Shown piece by piece: positions 13,531 to 24,700 of a stretch of 64,000 nucleotides of DNA. The notes under the pieces are model-generated. The model searched no databases, had not been told where the DNA came from, and saw nothing but the letters and a program-made list of their open reading frames with translations. The stretch spans positions 88,538,001 to 88,602,000 of the forward strand of contig NC_045697.1 of assembly GCF_009834535.1 (NCBI RefSeq), read 5' to 3'. The DNA comes from Camelus ferus (taxonomy: Eukaryota). The translations under genes and the position numbers were made by a program. Each line of letters opens with the position of its first letter. Position 1 is the first letter of the stretch.

Positions 13531-15874
13531 ATCAGTAACTGTCAGACTGTAAATTTCCTGATTCACAGGGACTTCATTTCCCAGTATTTCAGAAATGTAA
13601 TTTCTCACACTGACTCCAATATTTCAAAGTGCCCTTTTGATCTGTTTACATTGAGGCAGTGCATTCTGGGAAGATTCAAGATGCATGTGAATCACAGCTT
13701 TCTTTTAGTAAGTAAGAAATGAACAATTGCAAAGTGACACATGTATCCATCACAGGTAGTTTTCTAGTCTGATACAGTTTAGGATAAGCCACATAAAAAA
13801 CTGAAGATCTAGAAATTCATTTCTGTAAAACTCTCTAAGCCTAGATAACCCTTAGAAAATTTCTGTGTAGCCCAGGTGTGCATTTAGAATAGTCCTATTC
13901 ACATAACAGATTCTCAACTGATGCTTAATGACTGAAGAAATATAGGTTTTAAATTATTTCTGAAATTTCTTGCTAATTTTTGTCCACAAAAGTGTGCATA
14001 GTGAATTTATTTATACCTCAATAGTTTTTCTGAAATAAACAAAGCCATATTCACCACCTACTAGATAAAATTCTGAAGGGAGTCTTTTGCCAATAACATA
14101 CATACCTGATTTGTAATTTAATGCTGCTTAAATGAGAATTCCAAAACAGATGTTGCACAAATTTGTGTAACTAATGAAAATAAACTACCGTATCTCCACA
14201 GTCATTGAACAGGGATAGCCTTTGGATAATTCTCTTTGGGCTTCAAAAGTGATTTTTTTTTTCCTAAAGGAACAATCTAAAATAAACACCTTTGAGAAAG
14301 TAAAGGAAGAACATAAAATTAATATTATTTCTCAATCATGAAAAATGACTATTACATATCAGGTATTTTATATGTTAACCACATGATTTTTCAAGATGGA
14401 TCTTTTAACCTATGTACAAAGACAGAGTGAAATGTTTTACTTATTCCTATTTCTGAGCTTTTCTGTTATTAAAAGCTTATTTATTATGCCTCAGTAACTT
14501 GTGGGAAGTTGAGGATGAATGGCCAAGTCAATAAATTTTTTCTTTCCAGGTTCAGTACTTATAAAACAATGCAAAACTGCATGATTAGAAAATGATGCTA
14601 CAGCTTTTCATATCTTTATCTGTATTATGTATTTTTAGGTAATCTGATTTGCCATGCTTTGTCAAGTTTAATTTACATAATAACATCCATTCACTGAGTA
14701 TCTTCTATGTTCAAAGCGTTGGTCTAGGGGTTGTAAGGATCAAAGATCCACAGGGCATGATTGTTCCCTTGAAAACGCCCCTCTATTGGGAATCACAGAA
14801 TTATACACACTGAGTAATGAAGTAAGAGATGGAAAAGGCTTTGTCCTGTTGGCTTTGGGGCAGGTAACTGGAGGGAAGCCAAGACATGACAAATGTTTTG
14901 TGTTATTGCTGAAATTGTGGTGCACTGATATGGAAAAATGAAACTATTCAACTTCATTCTTGAGTGACTAAGTCTCCTGGATGGTAAAGCATTACATTCT
15001 CTTTTTTGGATTCTTAAAGTCAGTGATTAAATACAACCTGTCTCATTACTTGACTCAATGGGCTTCTATGGGAAAGAAGAGTAACTCTCTCTCTTCCATT
15101 CATTCGAAATGACTCTAGCATTGGGAAAAGTAGGATTCATTGTTTAAACTTAACAGAAAATCCTTTTTGTTTTGTCTAGGTGACATTTATACTAACAATT
15201 TGACTTATATGGGTTTTGCAGCAGTTACACCTTCTAATTTTACTTTCTTCCCCTCCATCAGAAGTTGGAAAAGTAACTTTTCACAGGATTCTAACTTCAA
15301 CATAGATGGTGTGATTGTCAACTGATTGTCAATTGTTTAAACTGATCACAGCCATTTAACTACCACCGACTAGAATATAAGACAAAAATAAAAAACCTCA
15401 CACAGGACATAGAGTTTTGAATTCAGAAAACTGCGGCTGTACTAGCTTGCTGTGTGACTGCGGAATGCAAAGCTATAGCATGTGCACAACAGCTAGCTGA
15501 CTACTATCAAGCGGAAAGGCCCACTGTGGAATAACTACCCAGCTGGCTATTTGCAGGGTTGTGGGGAACAGAATTTTGTAAGTACTCTTACAGGTTCCGT
15601 TGTTTACAACCAAAAAGAAAGTAATTACTGCCATAAAACGTGGTCTCACACAGCTTGGCAAGCCTCTATAAACCTTGGGAAGGACAATTGTGTTTGGACC
15701 CGGTGTCAGCAGGCCCATGGAGTGAGCTTTGATCGTCCAATTGAAGTAGACATTGAGACTGAATGGGAAGTGACTTCTTGTTGTAAATACCCTTGACCAA
15801 TTATGGATGTTTACCTGAGAAATCAATGCACATATCTGCTGTTTTATTATGCCATTCCCTCCTAAATTACTTCT

Positions 15875-15959
15875 AGTGCATATCTGTTTAGTCCAACAGA
15901 GAAGAAAAGGAAAATGTGAAAGCATTCCAGTTTGGCCCTTCCTTGCAAAGCGGCCAATT
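15875..15959 (+). repeat. Inverted repeat pair 1, left arm (partner 17169-17253)
   Basis: 85 bp; reverse complement of 17169-17253 with 8 mismatches and no gaps by manual alignment. Confidence 0.95.
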
Positions 15960-17103
15960 GACGACCAAATCATGTGGTGTGCTTCTGTGTCCTGAAGCGC
16001 TGTGTTAACTTGTTAGCACAAATGCTGAGTTCTACATGCTGTCTTCTCAGCTTGAGAGTCATCCAGGTTATTGTTTACAGCATCACATCCTCACTGCAAA
16101 CACAAAGGCCCAGTTGTGTTTCTTCCAGGAACTACATTTGATGAGCTTTTAGATTTACTATTTACTCCCAGATGAGCTACGGCTGGACGATAACGTTAAC
16201 CACATTGAAATATGGTCTCTGGTTCTCCCATTCATTTTGGCTGTCTTTGATAAACACATTACAATAACTTGGCCCTTGTTTTGAACATAAAATGGGGTTA
16301 TTCAATCAATGTTTGGTCGACACTCTCTCTTTTTTTTTTTTATTGACAGTTTTGTAATTCAGTTAGATACTGGAAACAATATATATTCTTGAATTTTATT
16401 GCCATTAGAGAAGCTTTTTACCCCAATAAGATTTTATTAACAGAGCTAATCAGGTTAATGTCATTTTGGTGTTTACTTCCAGTGTCAGCCATTCTGTTTG
16501 CTGCCCTGGCCCCACACTGACACATTCTCCACGTCCTCCCAGGGCCTACACCACCCCCTGGGCATGACCACCACCTGCACAATTCAGAAGACGGTACTTC
16601 TGAATAAACTGGGGTTATGGGAGGTAGAGAATACCAAATTATTTGGAAGAAAACTAGGTCAGATGGGAAGAGGGAAGAGTGCAGAAAAAATGGAAGCATA
16701 ATTTATCAACTGTCAAAAAATGTTTCCTACTTTACGCCAATAAAATTAACTTGCAAGGAATTAATAATAGTGGGTTTATGTGAACTGTTTACAGGTCAGA
16801 GATTCTCTAGTTTTCTTATTTGTCTATATTAATTGTTTGTTAGCAATCAATTGTTATTAATTTAATAGCTGACTGATTTACAAATATAATACATAAAGGG
16901 GAATTCCTGCCAAGACTTATGAATTGGCATGTATAAGAAAATGTACCTAACAGGTCTTTAGATAAAAGTAATAGAATCAATTAAAAATTAAGCCAATTAT
17001 AACAGTATTACAGTTTACCTGAAATTATCCATCTATTTAGACTTAAATAAAGTAAAAATATGTTGTTATTATTATTATTGATATGAACATTCTATTATTG
17101 ATA

Positions 17104-17170
17104 TCAGCGGCTGCAGCAGCTCATGATTTAATCCAAGCAGATGTAGTTGGCACATGCCAACATAATTTAA
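17104..17170 (+). repeat. Displaced direct copy of LTR segment 17953-18020
   Basis: tcagcggctgcagcagctcatgatttaatccaagcagatgtagttggcacatgccaacataatttaa aligns with tcagtggctggcagtggcttgtgatttaatccaagcagaggtatttggcgtgtgccaacgtaattcaa. Confidence 0.9.
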
Positions 17171-17253
17171 TTGGCAGCTTTGCAAGGAAAGGCCAAACTG
17201 GAATGCTTTCAGATTTTCCTTTTCTTTTCCATTAGACTAAACAGATATGTACT
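17169..17253 (-). repeat. Inverted repeat pair 1, right arm (partner 15875-15959)
   Basis: aattggcagctttgcaaggaaaggccaaactggaatgctttcagattttccttttc...gactaaacagatatgtact is the reverse complement of 15875-15959. Confidence 0.95.
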
Positions 17254-17549
17254 TCCTGGGGATTTCAAAGAGCTGCAGGAACTCTTCAAGAAAAAGTAAA
17301 ACTATTTTGAAAATCAAATGTGAGAATATGAAAGACAAAAATAATAATACCCAGGAGAATTCTTAGTGACCACAATTTGTCTTATGATGCTTAAAAAAAA
17401 AATAAAACCATGCTACTTTATGAGTCATCAGATTTATTCTGTAACTAGTTTTGACCAATTTAGTTCTTGAGATAGCATCCCACGAAGGATAGGAGTACAC
17501 AGAATCTTCACCCTTATAGCAAAGTGAAAATTACTAAGTGTGATTTAAT

Positions 17550-18063
17550 TGTCAGCTGAAATAAAACCACACAATGTGAGAGTTCTGGATTAAGTTTTGT
17601 TTGGGGCAGAATGAGGACAATAGCCCGGAAGACGGCATCTCAGAAAGCTCTGAGGAACTGCTCCGAAGAGGCAGGGGGAAGGTCAGTATTATATATAATT
17701 TTAGTGAAGGAGGGTTTCATACAGTCAAGTACACATTTAGGCAGAGGCTTGCTTCTAGTCACAAGGAGCAGATGTCACTTTTAATGATTTTAGTGGTTTT
17801 TCTAGATATGAGGAGACTCAAGAATTTGGGCTCATAAAATCTTCTCCAGAAAATATCTAATTATCTGAGGTCCTGTTCTGCCAGTTTTCCCAGAGCACAG
17901 AGTGTCTCATTCCTGATCTCCACCCTGAACTCCTCTCAGGGAGTTCTGGAAGTCAGTGGCTGGCAGTGGCTTGTGATTTAATCCAAGCAGAGGTATTTGG
18001 CGTGTGCCAACGTAATTCAATCCTTGAGGAAGGCAGATGGCAAGTGCCAAGGTTTAGTTGGCA
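17550..18063 (-). mobile_element. ERV1-type solo LTR
   Basis: TG...CA ends with imperfect terminal inverted repeat (tgtcagct / agttggca); near-perfect 4-bp TSD taat/tagt; TATA-like tatatataa inside. Confidence 0.85.
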
Positions 18064-18774
18064 TAGTTGAATGCTGTTTTATTGAAAATAAAATAGAGAT
18101 TTCAAAATAAGATTAGGTTCTGGTTTATATAATAAAGTATTTTTATCCTATATAAATAAATAAATAAGATCATCTTAAATATGATTTTTAGTGTAATTAA
18201 TTTATGGGTTTGCTATTAGTCAGAGATACCCTTAAAAGTGAGATTATTAAATTTCCTTGTTAGCTTATTTTCAGTCGCCTGTTTGGGTTTTCCACTTTAG
18301 TCAATGGAAAGATATTTAATTTAATGCTTATATTCTCATGGGTGTGGACCAAACACAGCACAACTTGGCACTAAGTAGATGTTAGTTCGATTTGTAGCTG
18401 AATAAATAAATGAATTGTTGAGCCAAAGGTTAAAATTGGAATTACTACAATAGTTCTTACATTATCTTTTAGCAAGATAGAAGGATACTTTGCCATAGTA
18501 TACATTGGTTTGTATATATAAAGTAAATGTTATACTTAACTTTATTCCTTCAGCAGTTTGCAGATGTTTTTTTCTGAACAAGTTACTAAGATATTCCCAC
18601 AAATCTTTATCAGTGTCATCAAATCAAAAGAATAATGTAATTTTGCTTTTATGAAATTGTATCTTGAAATAAATTAATGTTAAGTACTTAAAGCACCTTG
18701 TATTTCAAAAGGGCTAAGTTAACTATAAATAACATTTTTATTAGATGGAATTTGAAGGTAAGATTATGTATATA

Positions 18775-19295
18775 TATTTTTAATAGATTTTTTTTTTAAG
18801 GGCAGTTTCAGGTTTACAGCAGAGTCAAGCAGAAAATAGAGTTCCCACCTAGCCCTCCCCACCCACACATACATGCTCCCCTACCCTCAACATCCCTCAT
18901 CAGTGTGGCATATTTGGTACAATCAAAGAACCAACAGGGGCACATTAACAACCAAATTCCATAGTTTACATTAGGGTTCACTCTTGATGTTGTACATTCT
19001 ATGGGTTTTGACAAATGCATAATGACATGTAGCCACCACTACAGTGTCAATACAGAATAATTTCATCGCCCTAAAAATCCCTTGTGCTCCATCTATTCAT
19101 CCTTCCCTCCCTCCCTCTACCCCAAACCCCTGGAAACCACGATCTTTTTCTTGTTTCTGTAGCTGTGCCTTTTCCAGAATGTCATTTGGTTGGAATTGTA
19201 CAGTTTGTAGCCTTTTCAAACTGGCTTCTTCCATTTAGTAATGTCTTTCAAGTTTCTTCTATGTCTTCCATGGCTTGACAGATCATTTTTTTTAA
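18775..19295 (-). mobile_element. L1MC-type LINE-1 3' end
   Basis: ccatagtttacattagggttcactcttgatgttgtacattctatgggttttgacaaatg is characteristic of antisense L1MC1/2 3' UTRs. Confidence 0.85.
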
Positions 19296-19409
19296 TACAC
19301 ATATATTTTTAAATTTACATATATGTACTGTTCATTGTTTCTAAGAACATTTAGAACTTTAGCTTTTTAAACTTACATAGTTATCAAAGGAATAAAGCCA
19401 ACCACAAAA

Positions 19410-19802
19410 TAAGAATTAATTCAAAAAGATACATACACCTTTCTATTAACAGCAACATCATTTATAATGGCCAAGATATGGAAGCATCCTAAGTGCACTT
19501 CAACAGTTGACTAGATAATGAAGACGCAGCATGCATACATGCGATGGAGTACGGCGCACCATAAAAAGAAGGATACTTTGCCATTCGCGGCCCTTCATTC
19601 ACTTTTTTTTTTTTCACTTCAAAACCCAGAATTTTATAACTGGCATAAACATTTCCATTACATCAAAAACAACAAAATTCCTAGAAATAAACTTAACCAA
19701 GGAGGTTACCTATACTCTGAAAAGTGAAATGACACAAAGAAATGGAAAGATTTCTTGTGCTCTTGGATTGAAAGAATCAACACTATCAAAATGGCCACAC
19801 TA
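19410..19802 (+). mobile_element. Two LINE-1 ORF2 fragments in permuted order
   Basis: 19410-19592 is the end of ORF2 (caaaaagatacatacacc...gccaagatatggaagc). 19655-19802 is an earlier ORF2 part (ctagaaataaacttaaccaaggagg...aatggaaagatttcttgtgctcttggattgaaagaatcaac). Confidence 0.8.
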
Positions 19803-20836
19803 ATATTCTCTCCCTAAGATGAGTAAAATAGAAAGTAAATTGTTATCTGGAAAAATGATCATTTTATTATAAGGATAAAAATATATTTTTCCACTATGAC
19901 TACTTTTTGTGGAGGAAAACTTAACATTTAACCATTATTTTATTTCAAGGTTTGGTCATGTTTTAAAGCAGACTCAAGATTTGCACAGCCACATGCAGCA
20001 TACCCTCCAGTGTTCTGCAAAAACAATTGCACACATTAGATGATAACTCCTCTAGAAATAACATGAACAAGCTAGTTTCGAACTGAAGTTTCAGTCTGCT
20101 GGCTTTTCTAACAATGTCAAATAAAATTTGCTCTACATTTGCCATTGCAGACTTAGCTTTACTATCAATCAAAAGAAATTTCACATTTTTTTCATTGCCT
20201 GTTTTGGATGTTATCCAAGAAAACAGAAACAGATGATTTTTATCTTTCATCCTTACTATCATTTTTCCTTATTCCTGAGCCAGCACCCAGTTTCTTCAAA
20301 TACCTTTTGTAACAGAGTGACTGCTTTATAATTAAGTAGTTGGCGCTACAGAGCCACCGTATGCTCTGTCTCTCTTACTTTAATGGGTTAACAGATTAAA
20401 TGTCGCAGCTGAGGAGGACCGCTGGCAACAGCCTCCGGGCCAGACACTCAGGTGGCAGGGATTCTCAGCAGTGCTCACCCATCACTTAAGTCACAATGTC
20501 AATTTCTCTAAATGAACGGTCTGAACATGAAATATAAATGACTATAAATTAAATTTAAGTGATAGTATTTTGCCCTAAGACTAATTGGAAGAACCTGGAG
20601 GTGTAGTAATGATTAAAACTGAATTGTCACATCAAGGGACAATGGCATCTTATAGTATTTCTAGAAATTGAATTCAGAAGCACTGTGGAGTTAGGATAGG
20701 TACCTCTAAAAATAGATGATGACCTTCTACATTAAATACACATACACACACCCCAGTGATTGATGAATTATTCATCACAGTAACAAAGTACATTATATAT
20801 TTTAAAAAGAAATTCTAACCACAGACTTCTTAATAT

Positions 20837-20837
20837 T

Positions 20838-20868
<31 letters not shown>

Positions 20869-20869
20869 A
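20837..20869. repeat. (CA)n microsatellite
   Basis: About 12 CA units plus a degenerate tail. Confidence 0.9.
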
Positions 20870-21639
20870 TGACATGCTATATTGTTGAGCGACATTTGGG
20901 TTGCAGTCTTGATTTCAGCCTTCTGCTCAAATATTACCATAGGTTCCCTTCTCAAATTTCACAAACAAATCTATGTTGATTATTAATTCTATTTAATAGA
21001 TTTTGGAAGACTGAACTATAGTTTTAAATCTGTCTCAGATCCTTTGTAGATTTGAAAAATAACTGTATTAGTGTTATATAAACCATAAGATTTTTGATCA
21101 ATTAAAAACTTTTATTATGGGAGTTACTAGTAATTTTTAAGTGCACCTTCAAAAATAATAAATACATTGAGATTAGAGGAAAAAAGAAGTTGGGCAAATA
21201 TTATTGCATTGACATTTTTAAAAACTGTATTGTATATTCAGAGGCAACAGATGTCCTGATGGACTATTTTGAGGCGATCTCATACTCTTCATCTTGATTA
21301 CTTAGGTCATAATTATTGTCTACCTTGTCATCTGGTAATTCACCCTGTCAGTTTCCATCCAGGCTGCCACATTCATTCTCTATTAGTTTACTCTCAGATA
21401 AACCAGGATTACTGTTTCTTCTACATATTTGCTGTGAAGTATTTGCATGGGTGAAAGCTCAAAGTTTTGCTTTTTGAAGAATTCATACCAGTCTTTGCAC
21501 GCTGACAATGCCCGAGATTTGGGGACATGTTTTTCTGAACATAGACATAGGCATAGAGTTTATTTCTTTCAACTTCAGCCCTATACAGTAAGAAGGAATA
21601 AAAAAATAAGAGAAAAAGAATTTGCATGCCTCCATTTAT

Positions 21640-21780
21640 AAGGTCTTGGGCAATTCATTTAATTTCTCTGGGTCTCAGTATCCAAGTCTATAAAATGAGT
21701 GAGTTTGAGTTGGCTAAAAGAAATGAGAGCAATTAGATTATTTACAGTATGCTATTCAGCTAGAAAATTATATAATTTTA
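21640..21780 (+). mobile_element. MIR SINE fragment
   Basis: tcttgggcaattcatttaatttctctgggtctcagtatccaagtctataaaatgag, a MIR core. Confidence 0.65.
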
Positions 21781-24700
21781 AGGCTTGGCTTTGGAAATGG
21801 CTTGGTTTGATGTTTATTTAAAGGGAAAAAGAAAGAAGAAGAAAAACAAACTCTGGTCTAGGCCCCTTATGTAACTTAATTCATTTTTATATTTGTTGAA
21901 TAAGGTCAGATAAAAAAAAGTTTCATGCTTATGTAACAGGCTCAGAAAATCAATTGTCAGGATAAGTTAGGGTAAAAGAGACAAAAGGTCCCATTTCAGG
22001 TTGTAAGCTTGAGGTGAAGGTGAGCACACAGTTGCCTTAAGCAAGAACCAGACTGCAATATTGACTATTGCCTTGAAGTGGAAATGTAAAGATAAATTAC
22101 TGTGACTTTCAACAGTGGAGAACTTTTTATTGCTGAGGAGGTGAATACATTAAAAAAAAGAATTCGTTGTATTTTAAGGAAAAATTACCATGGAAGAGAA
22201 TTATATCAGGCTTTAGTTATCTCAATACAGAAACTCCTGGTGATAGGTTTGCCTGAACTGAAGAATTGCTTGGGCCAAATAATTAGTCAGTTGGATAAAG
22301 ATTTTAATGATTTCTTTTTTATTGAATTGACTTACTATTTTCGTGTCAATAACCAGATTTGTTTTACATTAAATTTAAGGGCAAAAGGAGTTAAATGAGG
22401 GGGAATAGGATGAAGCATTTGTCCCATAAAACATATTTTATATCATACAACAAATCATGAAAAAGAATCTTAGATTGGCTCCATGATTGTAATGGTTGTG
22501 GTGTATGTAGCAACCTTGGGTTCACTGAATTTGTATTAATTTGTATTATCAGGAAGAGCAACAGTGAATTGGGATGCTGAATTAAGTTGGGGGTGAAAAT
22601 TCAGAGTTAGAGCAGACAAAAATAGCCAAAGTTATTCCCTATGTAATCTTTGGGATATTGGTATGAATTGTACCAGACTTTACAGAAGATGAAGATAAGG
22701 TGATAACAGACACCTGAAACGTTTAGAATATTTCATATTATTTACTGAGTCCCACATTTTTACTCTGCATGTGAACATGACTGAAACAGCATATCAATTA
22801 GTACTTCAACAAAAACTTGTGATGTGTACAATTAGGGGGAAAAGTGAGGATGAATGTTTGGTAGTAAAATATGAAGCAGACAAGGTATCTGAATATGACA
22901 ATTATAGGACATCAATGAAACAGGATATCTTGAGCCCGAAAAAAAGTAAAGTACCTATGTATGTGCTAATACGAAAGCTGTCCAAGATGTAGCATTAGGT
23001 GAAAAATGCAATATACTCAATGACGTGTTTAGAGTGATTCTCTTTGTTTATTTTTAAAAACAATACATAAAATCATGCTGTTTTGTGTATTTTTGTAAAA
23101 GAAAACAAATAAAACAGTGATATTCAAGGCAGGCACTAGATTTCCACTTTTTATACCTTTATTTGCTGTCTGAATTCTCTAAGAACATATTTTACTTTTG
23201 TTATTTTAAAAATAAAATGCAATAAATATTATCTGAAAGAGAGATTTACGGGTTATTTTCTCTTCATATTGTCCCCAGTTAGAGAAATGTTAATAATAAA
23301 TCAAAATTAAAAAATTTTAAACCACAGGGAAGACAGCATTTGTGTTTGATTATAAAAATCCCACTAATTGCATCAAGATTTATCTAAGTGTCTTATAAGC
23401 AATCTTAAGCTAGTCTCACAATTATCTGAGGAATTCTTAGGCTAATCAAAAGTTCTAGTGAACTATGCTACACTAAAGTAAACCTACCTCCATGAAAGCC
23501 TTAATGTTGCCTTCAAATGTCAAAAGAATAGCTCTGAGTACAGTACAATGTCTTATCATAGGGCCTCTGTGAACACACGGAGGCCCCACCAAGAATAAAT
23601 TTCAAACTACATCAGCCAAGCTTCTCACTAAGATGCTGATGTAAATCTGGCCAAGTACCAGAAATGAGTTAATGGGGAAGGTTCTAGTTTCACTGTCATA
23701 AAACCCCAATATCCTGTTCAATAATACTCAGTCATGTGACATTGATATGTATTGTCCATTGCAATCAAATTCCAAACTAAACCAAGAATCATTAATTATA
23801 ACTTAAAATGACTCCAATCACTGGTCTATGAAAGTTTAATTCTTTATATCACCACTTAGTACAAGATATTTCTAACACTGATGGTCAGCTGGAAATTGTA
23901 GTCAGGTTGGCAGTAACTGTTCAACCTAGGTATCACTGTAAGAAAATAAGGGATGAAACATTAAATAAAAGGAGCTCTATTTTTCAGTTAATGTGACTAG
24001 AATTACTTGATTTCTGGCATCAGAGCCATGAAAATGGGTGAGCTTAGTCCCATGGCTGAATCAGCAGGATGGAGGGTCTCCACCTCCCATTTTATCCCCA
24101 GTTCTGGTTCATGCACTTGCCACCAGCAACCTGAGGCCCCAAATTGGAGACCCTTCCTCTTTGGGCCAATGGGGTCTCTAAGTATCTCAAATAGAAAGTG
24201 GCAACTGGGTGTTTAGACTTAATTCATTACAAGGGATGAAGATTTTTAGTGAAAGAGTTAATTTACTTACCAACATTTTAGCAGGAATGTGATTTCAAGC
24301 ATAACTTTGTGGTTATGAGTCAGCACATTCAAATGCCAGTTTATCCCCCGTAGGTTTTTCAGGAATGAACAGTCTTATGTCTCAGTCTGCTGCTGTCCTG
24401 GAGGGCTCTTCCTGCACCAAGAGTTGGTTAGATGCTGTCCATTCCTGGTCTTTGGCACTCACATTCTGGCTCACAAAGTTCATGGCCCCTAGAACCATGC
24501 TTTCTGTTTCTGGTTGAGGATAATATTCTGAGTGGCATTTTGGTGGAGTCAGAAGGATTACAGTCCTTTCCTTCTGGATCTGGGATTTAACTTCTATTTT
24601 CAAGAGGAGTGATATGCTCCATATGCTAGCTCCATCAGTCTGTCATCATGCCTGATTCCTAGAACCTGGAGAAGACGCCTCCTCAACTCCCCTCCCCCAA

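Noticed and set aside
15473..15973. 166-aa minus-strand ORF
   Set aside because: No recognisable domain or protein-like composition; it overlaps a motif-rich non-coding region and is probably a chance ORF.
15875..17253. Inverted arms as terminal inverted repeats of a DNA transposon
   Set aside because: No TSD, no transposase remnant, no typical terminal motif, and the LTR-derived piece is fused to the inside of one arm.
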